The translations under genes and the position numbers were made by a program. The notes under the pieces were generated by a model that was given only the letters and a program-made list of their open reading frames with translations, was not told where the DNA came from and did not search any database. Of a stretch of 64,000 nt of DNA, positions 38,110 to 50,455 are shown piece after piece (position 1 is the stretch's first letter; each line of letters starts with the position of its first letter). Source of the stretch: Octopus bimaculoides (taxonomy: Eukaryota); NCBI RefSeq assembly GCF_001194135.2, contig NC_068996.1, forward strand, positions 45,725,721-45,789,720, read 5' to 3'.

Positions 38110-38311
38110 GATGGTGGTGGTGGTAGTGGTGATGGTGGTGATGGTGGTAGTGGTGATGGTGGTAGTAGTGATGGAGGGTGGTGGTGATAATAGTAGTAGA
38201 AGTAGTAGTAGAACTAATAGTAGTAGTAGTAGAACTAATACTAGTAGTGGTAGTACTTATAGTAGTAGTAGTGGTAGTAGTAGTAGTAGTGGTAGTAAGA
38301 GTGATGGTGGT
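37869..38311. repeat. (AGT/GGT/GAT)n compound trinucleotide repeat
   Basis: Directly visible; runs into a gap. Confidence 0.95.
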
Positions 38312-40198
38312 NNNNNNNNNNNNNNNNNNNNNNNNNNNNNNNNNNNNNNNNNNNNNNNNNNNNNNNNNNNNNNNNNNNNNNNNNNNNNNNNNNNNNNNNN
38401 NNNNNNNNNNNNNNNNNNNNNNNNNNNNNNNNNNNNNNNNNNNNNNNNNNNNNNNNNNNNNNNNNNNNNNNNNNNNNNNNNNNNNNNNNNNNNNNNNNNN
38501 NNNNNNNNNNNNNNNNNNNNNNNNNNNNNNNNNNNNNNNNNNNNNNNNNNNNNNNNNNNNNNNNNNNNNNNNNNNNNNNNNNNNNNNNNNNNNNNNNNNN
38601 NNNNNNNNNNNNNNNNNNNNNNNNNNNNNNNNNNNNNNNNNNNNNNNNNNNNNNNNNNNNNNNNNNNNNNNNNNNNNNNNNNNNNNNNNNNNNNNNNNNN
38701 NNNNNNNNNNNNNNNNNNNNNNNNNNNNNNNNNNNNNNNNNNNNNNNNNNNNNNNNNNNNNNNNNNNNNNNNNNNNNNNNNNNNNNNNNNNNNNNNNNNN
38801 NNNNNNNNNNNNNNNNNNNNNNNNNNNNNNNNNNNNNNNNNNNNNNNNNNNNNNNNNNNNNNNNNNNNNNNNNNNNNNNNNNNNNNNNNNNNNNNNNNNN
38901 NNNNCAAAAACCATGCCTTGTGCCTATAATAGAAAGGTTTATTAGCTTCTGCCAATATGCTTCAGCCATTTTTTGACAAGGAAATAATAATGTTATCACC
39001 GCGAGAATCGTTTGTTTACGTAGTCAGCACTTAATCTTTACGGCTGAATGGACGTCAGTCATTGGTTGAAATTACAGAAATACGACAACTTTAACATGAA
39101 ATAACTTGCGATGTACGTTTTTTTGTTAAGAAGACTAAGAGAAAATGATGTTTTATATGACACATTCTACCAGTGTCCCAAGTTTCAAAGTGTTTCGTTA
39201 AGAAAATACTGGTGCCCCCGTTTTGAATAAGATCCAGCTCACCTTTGAACATCTTATCTTCTATGTTTATCTACGACTATATTGTCCTCAGTGTACTTCC
39301 TTTGTTAATGTGGCTGAGCAATAGTTCTCTGACTTCGTGGTGCACTGGAGATCAAACAGAAATAATTTAGTGCCAGCACTTTACACGGAAATCTAAATAA
39401 CATAAGCTTTCCATTTTTTTCTTTTCATTTTTTTTTTCCTTTTTAGACTTTAAAACCGTTTTTATTTTTAATTTACCTTATTAATCATACATGTAGAAAA
39501 CAAATTTATGAATTCGTTTTCATCACACATGCACACACATACACTCACGTGTGCATGCGCAACACGTGCATTAGTTAGCATTGTCTAAAACGTTAAACTA
39601 TATTCTTAAAAAATCTGCGATGCTGAAGTACTCCTTGGTTGTTATTTGATAACAACTGTCGTATGATGCGATTCAGGATATTTAGTTGCTATTTCTAGCA
39701 TCTAGATCGATCACGTTCTCTATTGTTTCTTTCTTCATCGATCTGCTGCTGCTCCTAGTATTTACCCTCAGTTCATTTCTGATAAAGCACTTATGATCAA
39801 AAGCGTTCCAGCTGTGATCATTCCGTCTTTTTCCGATGTGCAAAGAACCTGTGATGACATTACCCAAATACATCCTTAATAAAAATACAGTGTAATTTGA
39901 GGAGCATTTGACTACTCTTTCTACTATTTCTAGCACGTTGAACGATCTCTTAGAAGCATCGGTGTAAGCAATGAACCCCTTTCACATATAGTAATTAAAG
40001 TAGTTCCACCTGAGAATCGAAACCGACATCCTTGTCCAGTCTGTTCAGCTAGCGACGATGTTCATGTCTAGATATTTGAGAAGAATAAGTATTTGGCATT
40101 TTGTGATAGTAATGACACAAAATCAGAATTGGTAAATCACCGGGAAAAAAATGCTTTACTGTGTTTAATTTGATTCTTTGAACTGTATTCATAATCCG

Positions 40199-40558
40199 TT
40201 GGAGGCGCAATGGCCCAATGGTTAGAGCAGCGGACTCGCGGCCAGAGGATCGCGGTTTTGATTCCCAGACCTGGCATTGTGAGTGTTTATTGAGCGAAAA
40301 CACCTGAAGTTCCACGAGGCTCCAGCAGGGGGTAGTGGCGAACCCTGCTGTACTCTTTCACCACAACTTTCTCTCACTCTTTCTTCCTCTTTCTGTTGTA
40401 CCTGTATTTCAAAGGGGCCAGCATTGTCACACTCTGTGTCACCCTGAATCTCCCCGAGAACAACGTTAAGGGTACACGTGTCTTTGGTGTGCTCACATTA
40501 ATTTCACGAGCAGGCTGTGATCAACTGGAACCCTCGTCGTCGTTACCAACGGAATTCC
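40199..40558 (+). mobile_element. SINE-C, full-length tRNA-derived SINE
   Basis: Head ggaggcgcaatggcccaatggttagagcagcgg with a B-box-like ggttttgattccc; tail tgtcaccctgaatctccccgag...ctggaaccctcgtcgtcgttaccaacgga. Confidence 0.88.
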
Positions 40559-40610
40559 ACGACGATTCATGATCCATCGTTCAGCTTGTAACCGTCATCT
40601 GGTTTTGGTT

Positions 40611-40703
40611 GTCTCTGGTTTAGTTCGATCTATAGTAAGCATTCGGTCTAAGTCTCTGGTGTATTTCGATCTGTTGTTAGCATTCGGTCTAAGTCTCTGG
40701 TTT
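40611..40703 (+). repeat. About 41-bp tandem repeat x2.3
   Basis: gtctctggt...ttcgatct....t.agcattcggtctaa repeated. Confidence 0.85.
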
Positions 40704-41072
40704 GAAGATAAATCTCTTTCTCTACGATCATTCTAGAAGGCTCACAGAAGTATGAGGACGATAAAAAAAAAACCCTTCATTCTCGCCAATGTTAGACGCT
40801 TTAATAAACACCATTTCCTCATTAGGAATCTTTTGAATTCGTCACGGAATTCAAGTCTCAAAAGAGATGGCTTTTTAAAAACTTTCCTTTACCATTATAT
40901 ATTATTTGTGGATGGGTTTATTTATACTTTTTGACCTGACTGTCTTAGTATAATCAGTTCTGAACAAACCACTGAACAAGAACGTTCCAGCTATGACCAA
41001 CCCGACAATTTTCTATTACAATACTAACGTGTGTATACGTTTGTGTGTGTGAATAAATCTCCACTCTCCACT

Positions 41073-41332
41073 TGTACATTATTTACAATGGATGGATAGG
41101 TGTCCTCATCTTGATTGTTATCACAATGTTTTGGCTGATGTACTCTCCAGCCTTCATCAGGTGTCCTGGGGAAATTTCGAACCCAACCCTTTATTTGACT
41201 AATGGGGTACTCTGGTCTCATTTCAAAGGTATTTTTTTGCTGATGTTATTATTTATTCAAGTCACTAACTGGGATTGAACCCGGAATTTTGGAGTTAGTT
41301 AGCCCACGCTCTTAACCACTACGCTATATGCC
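41073..41332 (-). mobile_element. SINE-G: tRNA-headed SINE whose tail contains an HHR motif (core decayed in this arm)
   Basis: Reverse complement: ggcatatagcgtagtgg (A box)...gggttcaatccc (B box)...ggacac CTGATGA A ggctg..cagcc AAAACATT gtg, where GAAACGTT is altered at both CpG positions. Confidence 0.85.
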
Positions 41333-41450
41333 CTGATGAAGGCTAAAGAGTACATCAGCCGAAACGTTGTGGTAACAACAAACAAGGTGCGGACACCTAT
41401 CTGTCCATTGTAAATAATGTACATAATTCCTCATCTCTAAAATATAAAAT
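41331..41450 (+). mobile_element. Inverted copy of the SINE-G tail abutting the SINE 5' end, with intact HHR core
   Basis: cCTGATGA A GGCT aaagagtacatc AGCC GAA ACGT T gtgg...; reverse complement of 41073-41161 with about 10 substitutions and one small indel. Confidence 0.85.
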
Positions 41451-42710
41451 AGTACTCTCCTCTTGAGTTTCAATTATATATACGTATTCGAAATGCGGAG
41501 TAGATAAAACAGTGGACAACTGAAGAAGGGATTGTTCTTTATGTTGCCTGTCTCGTTTTTCTATTTGTTTCTTTCGTTGTCCGCAAAAAAGTTTGTTTTC
41601 CATGTTTTTGTATTTCATGTTGTCGTTTTTCATGCTGTTTACGATTTTTGATGTTCTGAACCCATATATGCATGTGTACATATATATGTAAGTATGTACA
41701 TATGTANNNNNNNNNNNNNNNNNNNNNNNNNNNNNNNNNNNNNNNNNNNNNNNNNNNNNNNNNNNNNATATATAGATATATATATATATATATAACTAGC
41801 TAACCGATGTGCTCTTTCTTTCTTCATATAAGGTGACAAGAAGAGATTTGAGTGACATTTGGTAGCTATCTGTAGTACTTCGATGAAATAAATTGATGCT
41901 GATAAGAATAAGTACATGCATGTGCGAAAAAATTAATACTTTTTTTGTAGATCGAAAAAAGTCACCTTCAGAATTGATTTTGATATCAATCAAAACTAAA
42001 CTCTTGCATAAAACCAATATTTCTCACTGAAAATTTAGTAACACTAGTCGCAAAACTTAAAACAGGTGTACGCACCCACGCAACAGTATATCACACACAG
42101 ATACACAATATGTTCACAAATGTTCATCACACGAATACATGCTACAAGACACATCATACATCCTACACACGCACTCCACAAAGTGTAGTCACACGCATAT
42201 CATACGCAATCACTTATATTTTGTGTGTAATGTGTATAGGCAGAAACGCGTACAAACATCTATGTACATCTTTCCTTTATGTATTTTCCCTATATATGTG
42301 AACATTTTTAAATTGCGTGTTGATGTGTATAGCCTGTTGTTACGTAACGTTGTTAGACATCATTATGTATGTTAAATAGTAAGAAAGCAACGCAACGCTA
42401 TGCGTATAATTATACCGTCAACTAATCCAGCTGAAGAAGAAATCCGTTGTTTGCTTATAGAAAACTGAACCAAAGAACAGCAATTATATCTCAATAGGTT
42501 GAATAAAGTGTCGTACAAGTTAGTATTGTGGTACCGTTCTCTCGCATTGAGCTTCGGAAGAATGGAAGGAGGTTGTTGGTTGTAAAAAAGGTTTTTAATT
42601 TAGCGATTTATGTTATCGATTATGTGAGCGTGTATATTTGTGTGTGATAAGAGAAACGCGTGTGCATTATTGGCAGTTAATATGCATAAATGTGTTTTAA
42701 CTGTTTTATA

Positions 42711-42890
42711 TTTTACTTGTTCTTGACATCAGACTCCGACCATGCTGGGGCACCACCTTGAAGGGTTTAATTAGACAAATCGACATCAGTACTTACTTTT
42801 TAAACTTGATACTTATTTTATCGGTATCATTTGCCGAACCGCTATGTTTGCAGGGACGTAAACATACCAACACTGGTTGTCAAGCGGTGG
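42711..42890 (-). mobile_element. SINE-A 3' half
   Basis: ttttacttgtt...ccatgctggggcaccacc...gccgaaccgcta...ggttgtcaagcg. Confidence 0.88.
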
Positions 42891-43029
42891 GCTTGGGGTG
42901 GAGTACTCCAACACATTTCTCTCTCTCTCTTCAATATATAAGGAAAAACAAAGGAAACAGATTTACATAGCTGTTTGTATGCATGTCTGTCTATACACAT
43001 TACAGACAAATATATACGGCGATTGCGTA

Positions 43030-43238
43030 AGATGTGTGTGACTGTGTGTGTGCGTGACTGTGTGTGTGTGTGCGTGACTGTGTGTGTGCGTGACTGTGTG
43101 TGTGCGTGACTGTGTGTGTGCTTGACTGTGTGTGTGTGTGTATGTGACTGTGTGTGACTGTGTGTGTGTGTGTGTGACTGTGTGTGACTGTGTGTGTGTG
43201 TGTGACTGTGTGTGTGTGTGTGTGTGTGTGTGTGACTG
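43030..43238. repeat. (TG)n-AC interrupted minisatellite
   Basis: Repeated tgtgtgtgac / tgcgtgac units. Confidence 0.9.
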
Positions 43239-43997
43239 TGTTGAGAGATAGATTTACAAACACAAGACAGGCAGGCAGAAAGACGGACGGATATAGATGG
43301 ATGGATGAATATTAGATAAATATGGATAGAGAGAGAGTGAGAGGGAGACCTAGTTAGCTAGATACATACATGCATGCATACACACACATACATGTATACA
43401 CACACATACACGCACGTGGGCAGAGAAACTAGAAATCTTGCAAAATGAATTCCGTTTAAGATTAGGACATAGATACTTTACTCTGTAGACTTTTATTTAT
43501 TTGTTTATTTATTTTGCTGCTAGGAAACTTATAATGAAAACTTCTCCGTCCGTCTTGTTTTTCTATATCCATGACTACAATATTTAAATTAATTCTCTTT
43601 TTTTTTTCTTTTATCTTTTTAATGATAAGAAATCTTGAGATATTTGGTTGGTATTTCTAGCAGGTTCATATATTAGATATAGGGTTTTATTCAGAATATG
43701 TTATATCTGTTTTGTGTTTAACCGCTCTTACGCATTTCTGACAGTCTTAGCTAATACCGGAAATATGTTGCCATGTAGTACAGACTACTTATGGCACCTA
43801 TAGTACCTTATTTTAATACGTAATGTAAACTTTGTTTTTCTCGATCAATATGGCAGAGACGTTTTGTCTTAAAAGATATCTTTAAAAGCAGCATAATTAC
43901 ATTCGCTGTCACTAATATAAATTACCCAGTTTTTGAAGCCATGGCAATGTAAAACTCTTTCTCTTAATATAAACAGATTAGTTAATTATCTTTATCG

Positions 43998-44312
43998 TTT
44001 TATCTTCGACTTCAGTCATTGGACCGCGGCCATGCTGGGGCATCAGCTTGAAGGGTTTTTAGTCGAACGAATCGACTCCCAGGTTTTTGGGTTTTTTTTT
44101 TTTTTTGTAAAAACCTGGTACTTATTCTATCGGTCTCTTTTTGCCGAACCCGCTATGTTATGTGGACGTGAACACACCAACAACTGTTGTCAAGTGGGGG
44201 ACAATCACAAAGACACACACACATAGAGATATACATACGTGTGTGTGAGAGTGTGTGTATGACAGGCTTCTTTCAGTTTTCGTCATCCAAATCCACTTGC
44301 AAGGCTTTGGTT
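43998..44312 (-). mobile_element. SINE-A copy lacking the head
   Basis: Tail, body and part of the core on the minus strand. Confidence 0.88.
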
Positions 44313-45082
44313 TGCTAATAGTTGCATTTGGTGTTTGTCCGTGATTTCAAGTAGTCAATCTTGGAAGGTTTCTGGCTACTTTCACTTTCGATATAGGTAA
44401 CGGCAAGTAAATTAAGAATATTGTAATAGGATATTGATACTGGATCATGGGGAGGATCATCCATTTACTGCATTATTGGTTGCGAACAAGCCAGAAAACA
44501 AAAATTATACTGAGTTAGTAAAATAATTAATAGTATTTTTTTTTCTCTCTGAGTTCGAACATTAAATCATGCTTAAGTACGTCAGCCTATCTGTTAATGT
44601 GAAAGTACGCCCGAAATATTTCTACGTAACTTTTACATGGATATAAAATGTTGAATTAAAAATTCTTTTCATAATGATAAAGTTTATATTTTCCAATGTG
44701 ATTCGAACCTAAAATATTTTGAGTTTTCTTAAATATTTTTATTTTCTTCTATTTTTATTATTATTATTATTCTAGGGTTAGCGGACAAAGATGTGGTGAA
44801 AAAGACAAAAATATTGAACATACTTTCAGCAGCATGCGTTTATTCAACACCGTTACATGACCGAGTGTTAGAGTCACTTGAGTATTTCAAAGTAAGTGGA
44901 GTTCAATTTTATATATAGGTATAAATCTAATTACCAGACAAATACTAATTTAACACGATTATATCATTTTGACAAAATTAATTCAACTTCTTAAAACCAA
45001 ATTAAAATAGAAACGAAGAATTTTACCAATCCATAGACTTCGGTGATAAGTCTCATTATGGAGTTTTTCAATCAATCTTTTA

Positions 45083-45298
45083 TTTTTTACTTGTTTCAGT
45101 CATTGGACTGTAGCCATGCTGGGGCACCACCTTGAAGGGTTTTAGTTGAACAAATCAGTCTCAGTACATATTTTATTGTTTCAGTCATGGGGCTACGACC
45201 ATGCTGGGGCAACGCCCTGAAAGGTTTTGCAAGTGAATCAACCTCAGTACTTTTTAAAGCCGGACACTTACTCTACAGGTCTCTTCTGCCGAACCGAT
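45083..45298 (-). mobile_element. Two tandem SINE-A tails
   Basis: ttgtttcagtcat...ccatgctggggca occurs at about 45090 and 45176. Confidence 0.85.
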
Positions 45299-45782
45299 AT
45301 ATATATAATGCAAATGATATATGAGCATCTACATGTATGCATACATATATGCACATACCTACATCTACATGTATATATAGATGCATATCCGAGCACAGGA
45401 CGTCAGAAAAAGGAACGGGAACAGGAAGCACAAAAACGGACTTTGTTTACAGACAACAGAAGGAACACATAGGAAAACAGACGAGCCACTTATGGAAATT
45501 TTCCTTCAGCAGCTGCCTCTATTCTAAACTAGGCGTTTCGAAGATAAGGCAGAACGCGATCTTAGAATAGCTCTTCCTGCGAAGTGAATTAACCCACTAA
45601 AAAGAGGATTCCAAGGTAGCAAACACAAACCAAGACAGGAAAAATTAGACAGTGAAAACAACATTAAAGGCCGTACGCGATGAAACATCGAACGCTGTGA
45701 TATGACGAAGCTGGACGGAGAAATAGTAGTTTCGTCTTGTCTTTATGCTGGCTGGAGTGAGAAAGGAAGAAGTGACCACAGG

Positions 45783-45826
<44 letters not shown>

Positions 45827-46059
45827 TAGTCCACAGATGAGATCCAGATATCTCTGTATGGGCTCAAAAGATTCAAACTTATATTCCGATGTGTTTACAG
45901 GGGATCATTCCACAAGATAAAGAAAGGCAATGAGTGGGAGCAGGTTGAGTGGGTATAAAATGCAGTTTTCCCATTGCTGTAGATGTGGGTTGGGGGGGGT
46001 TGTACTGTTTTACCGGTTCCAGGCATTGAACAGAGGTCATGCTTAGTTAGCCACTGCAA

Positions 46060-46170
46060 TCTAATTTATGGTCGAATACATCGATCGCACTACTTATTTT
46101 AATGACGTCGGATGATGAAAGGCAAAGCTCACCTGGGCTGATATGGTTTGAGAAAATAAGCCAAATGCAG
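46060..46170 (-). mobile_element. Degenerate SINE-B fragment
   Basis: tacatcgatc...acttatttta...gatgaaaggcaaagctcacc. Confidence 0.5.
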
Positions 46171-46294
46171 ATGAAGCCAAATACTGAAATATGAAGCCCG
46201 GCCGCACCTTCCCGATGTTAGGTTTCAAAATTCTTTGCAGTTTCATAGTTTTACATCTGTATATGTATGGATATATATTGTATATGTATGGATA

Positions 46295-46348
<54 letters not shown>

Positions 46349-46655
46349 AAGGCGCATAGCTCAGTGGTTAGAGCGTCGAGCTCACGATCGTGAGGTTGTG
46401 AATCCTGGACCGGGCTGCGTATTGTGTTCTTGAGCAAGACACTTTATTTCACGTTACTTCAGTTCACCCAGTTGTAGAAATGAGTGGTGACGTCACAGGT
46501 GCCAAGCTGTATCAGCCTTTGCCTTTCGCTTGGAATAACATCAGTGGCATGGAGAGGGGAGGCTGGTATACATGGACGACTGCTGGTCTTCCATAAAACA
46601 ACCTTGCCCGGACTTGTGCCTTGGAGGCTAACTTCCTAGGTGCAATCCCATGGTC
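46349..46655 (+). mobile_element. SINE-D variant (tRNA head, D middle, distinct tail)
   Basis: gaaggcgcatagctcagtggttagagcg...gtgttcttgagcaagacactttatttcacgtt...agttcacccagttg..aaatgagt. Confidence 0.85.
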
Positions 46656-46693
46656 AGTCTTATTTATATATGTCTCCGTATATTTATATATGC

Positions 46694-46743
<50 letters not shown>

Positions 46744-46818
46744 GTATGTGCATGTGTGTATGTATGTAGGTGTATATATATATATGTGTGTATGTATGTG
46801 TATATATGTGTATATATA

Positions 46819-46849
<31 letters not shown>

Positions 46850-46939
46850 GTGTATATTTGATGCTATTTCCAGCAGACTGAGCGAGAACGTGTAGGCTCC
46901 ACGTTTGTACTCGTTTCTTTACTCTAGTGAAAGCTGACT

Positions 46940-46988
46940 CTTGCTCCAGCATGGCCACAATCAAACGACTGAAACAAGTAAAAGAATA
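46940..46988 (+). mobile_element. Isolated SINE-A / LINE 3' tail
   Basis: tgctccagcatggccacaatcaaacgactgaaacaagtaaaagaata. Confidence 0.85.
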
Positions 46989-47327
46989 TATCTATACACA
47001 CACACACACGCACATATGTATCACTTCGTTTTCGTATCTGGTTTGCTAGATTCTTCATATGAATTTGGGTGTTAAAACAAATTTTGCTGTTTGTCGGGAG
47101 AATCATCATGCCAATATAATCAACACGCATATTGGTTCAATTCCGCTCATTTATTAAATATCCGATTTTTTTTTTGTCTTTTCGTTGTTGTTTGATTTTC
47201 TTGTTTTTTGCTTGTTTGTTTTTTGACAAAACAAACAAACCCAAAACAATCGGATATCTAATAAATGAATGGAATTGAACCAGTATACGTGTTGATTATA
47301 TTGGCATGATGACTCTCCCTAGACACA

Positions 47328-47388
<61 letters not shown>

Positions 47389-47469
47389 NNNNNNNNNNNN
47401 NNNNNNNNNNNNNNNNNNNNNNNNNNNNNNNNNNNNNNNNNNNNNNNNNNNNNNNNNNNNNNNNNNNNN

Positions 47470-47509
<40 letters not shown>

Positions 47510-47941
47510 GTGTGTGTGTGTGTGTAATCATTTGTTTATCTCCTATGTAGGAAGCATCAAAATTATCAAATGATTTTCTAAAATGAAAATATCGATTGTG
47601 CAAAACCATTGTATTATATAAATTTATTATATTGCATCAGAGATAAGTATTAGTTTGTTTTTGTTTTTTTTTGTTTTGTTTTTTGTTGCCTTATTGTCTG
47701 AAGAATTTCATCCATTTCTTTTTTTTTTTTTCTTTTATTGATTTATCGTTTGTAACTATAACATCTGCTCAGTCCGTTACGCTGCTATTGATTTTTTGCA
47801 TAAACATAACTGTCATTACAATAATTATCAACACCACTTACCTACCACACATACACACACACACGCAAAAAAAAAGTCGCAATAGTGTTGATTACCAGTC
47901 GGCTAAGGATCCCCCGCATGATTGATCGGCTTACTGGAAAT

Positions 47942-48316
47942 AGCAGGCATGACTGTGTAGTAAGAACCCTACTTCCCAACCACATGGGTTCTGGGGTTCA
48001 ATCACAGCGTGATACCTTGGGCAAGTGTCTCCTACTATAGTCTTCGGCCGATTTTGCAGACGGAAACTGAAAGAAGCCCGTCGTATATAAATGTGTGTGT
48101 CTGTGTTTGTCCCCTTCACTATCACTTGACAACCGGTGTTAGTGTGTTTACGTCCCCCGTAACTTAGCAGCTTGGCAAATGATACCGATAGAATAAGTAG
48201 TAAGGCTTACAAAGAATAGGTCCTGGGGGTCGATTTCCTCGACTAAAATCCCTTTAAGGCGGTACTTCAGCATGGTCGCAGTCAAATGACAGAAGGAAGT
48301 AAAAGAATAAAAGAAT
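47942..48316 (+). mobile_element. Full-length SINE-A copy, diverged
   Basis: Head, core (with a deletion), body and tail ending (aaaagaat)2. Confidence 0.9.
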
Positions 48317-49156
48317 ATTGTCACATAGAAGAAAACGGCATTTTATCTAACGACGTTCTGCATATTCCTGAAGTGTTTTGGTTAGAATCGACATGGAACT
48401 AAAAAGCAACATCATCTGTTGAACTTCAGTTGTTTTTTTTGTTTTTTTTTGCAGCTCCTAAATTCCATTTTTTTTATATTCATTATATCAAAGAAAAATT
48501 CTTTTCTCGCGTAAATAACTGGATATCTTTCTCTAAATATTACATCTCATTTCCAGTGTCCTTTGTTGTGTTCGTTTATGAATATATTCCACATGCCTGT
48601 CATGTACATTCTTTTATGAGCATTAGTCAGCCCGTGACTATAGCAATCACGTATCCAAAATGCCACTATAAGACGAAACCGAAAGAACAGAATTACAAAT
48701 TACTTAACCACACACACACACACACACACACACAATTATCTTGTTATCGCTTGGCTTGTCAGATTTCCAAACTGAGAACGAACTGAACTGGCATCTGATG
48801 TCTTGCTGGATAAACTGAGATAGAGAATCACGCCTAAAATGTTAAAATACTTTAATTAGACTTGGAATCTACGCTGACGTGTAAAATAGACACCTGGTAC
48901 TGGATGTTGGTTTGTGGGGAAACTCTAATGTACATCATTGTTCTCACAAAGATGCAATCAAAATAAAGCTAGAATCTAGATCTACTAAAATACCCGTCTA
49001 ACAATTGCGGCTGCGCATTGGAAGCCAAGTATTTGAGATTTTGTGTTCTGACCTCGATTAGAGCAAGCGAAACCATATTTTATTACACCTTAATTAAACT
49101 CTTTAATTGCGTAAACACCGATTCTTGCGGTGGACTGTCCTGTGCAAGGTTTTTTT

Positions 49157-49300
49157 GGTGTAGTTGTGTAGTTAAGAATTCGACACATAACTAGACGGTT
49201 GTGAGTTCCATCCTACTACGCGAAACCTTTTGAGCAAGTAACTTGGTCTCGGGTCAACCCAGGCCTTGTGATATTTTGTTGGAAACTGTAGAAACCCGTC
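49157..49300 (+). mobile_element. Degenerate SINE-A 5' half
   Basis: gtagttgtgtagttaag...ccaggccttgtga...ggaaactgtagaaacccgtc. Confidence 0.6.
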
Positions 49301-50134
49301 AGTTACCATTCGATTTCTTTGGTTGAAGGACTTTATCGCCCAGTTTAATACAACCACCAGGTCTTTGTGTCCTTTTAGCAATGTCCATTTTGCAAGTTGA
49401 TTCTCTTCTCCATTCTGCAGCAAGTTAACTCTTCAGTAAAAAAAAAAAAAATGTCTTTCCACAAGCCACCGAGGTTGTATATGAATTGTCAACTATCCCC
49501 AGTACTTCAACATAGTGAGCATGACCAGCTGGCTTTATTTTCTGAATACTAGTAAGATACCAACATTGATTCAATCGACTATAGCGCTTACCTGCCATGT
49601 ACAAAATTAGTCTTGCAGCCAATGAAAAGAAATCATTATTTGTCATGTAGAGGAAATGTAATTAGGAATTACTAACAATGACTATCGTTTTTGGACCGTG
49701 ATCGGAGCAACAGCTGTAGAACTAAGCAATAACTATCGTCACCACCATCAGCGAGCCACCATCATCGCTATCGCCACAATCATCATCGGCGCTGCCATTT
49801 ACATTATCAGCAGCGGCTGCAGAATGGCAGAAAAGTTAGCGTAAACGAGAATAAGTCTATTTGTTCCGAGTTCAAATGTCACCAACTTTGCCTCTATTTA
49901 TTTGGATATTCATAATCTAAACCTCTTATCCCGTGTTGATTGGTTAACTAGACATTTATTAATATGATTTTTATATCGAGTATTAAATCGTCATTATTTC
50001 AAATAAGAATTTAAATTTATTGTTTGGTTCAGCACTGATAAATGAAGGTAGATTTCATCTCAACCAAATCACTACTCACAAATCGTCAATCATTATTTTT
50101 ATTCTTCATTTTACTAAAAATATAGGGTATCATT

Positions 50135-50260
50135 TAGGAATGACCTAGACAGACAGATGGACAGATAGATGGACTGTCAGATGGACGGACAAATGGATTG
50201 ACAGATGAATGGACAGATGGATAGATAGACGGATGGATAGATAGAAAGATAGATAGATTT
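50135..50260. repeat. (GATA/GACA/GATG)n degenerate microsatellite
   Basis: Directly visible. Confidence 0.85.
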
Positions 50261-50311
50261 AGCGTGTAGCTAGCTTACCTGGCCGTTTACACATTAGCGT
50301 GCGGTGTAATT

Positions 50312-50455
50312 CTAACCTTAACTCTAACCATAAATCCTATCGTTTTCCCTAATTTTAAACCTGAATCCCAAACCTTAACTCTAAACCCTAACCCAGATCG
50401 GGTCACATCGCAGAATATGGATACTGCGATAGACCGCGCGTTAAAGTAATACCAA
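50312..50455. repeat. Degenerate telomere-like (CCCTAA-variant) array followed by a GC-rich hairpin
   Basis: ctaaccttaactctaacc...ctaaaccctaaccc, then ggtcacatcgcag / ctgcgatagacc (50401-50435). Confidence 0.55.

Noticed and set aside
37834-38187. Ser/Gly/Asp-rich 117-aa ORF
   Set aside because: Translation of an (AGT/GGT/GAT)n repeat; no non-repetitive coding context or splice signals.
38990-39235. Possible DNA-transposon (Kolobok-like) remnant
   Set aside because: I could not identify matching TIRs or a TSD; the resemblance is impressionistic only.
45525-45580. Minus-strand ...gaagag...tcttcGAAACG motif in a pLTR-like repeat
   Set aside because: No recognisable CUGANGA core; at best a decayed hammerhead.
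46349-46420. tRNA-gene-like heads (also 40199, 41332 and 58182)
   Set aside because: They have A and B boxes but no complete cloverleaf or acceptor stem, and they continue into SINE bodies.
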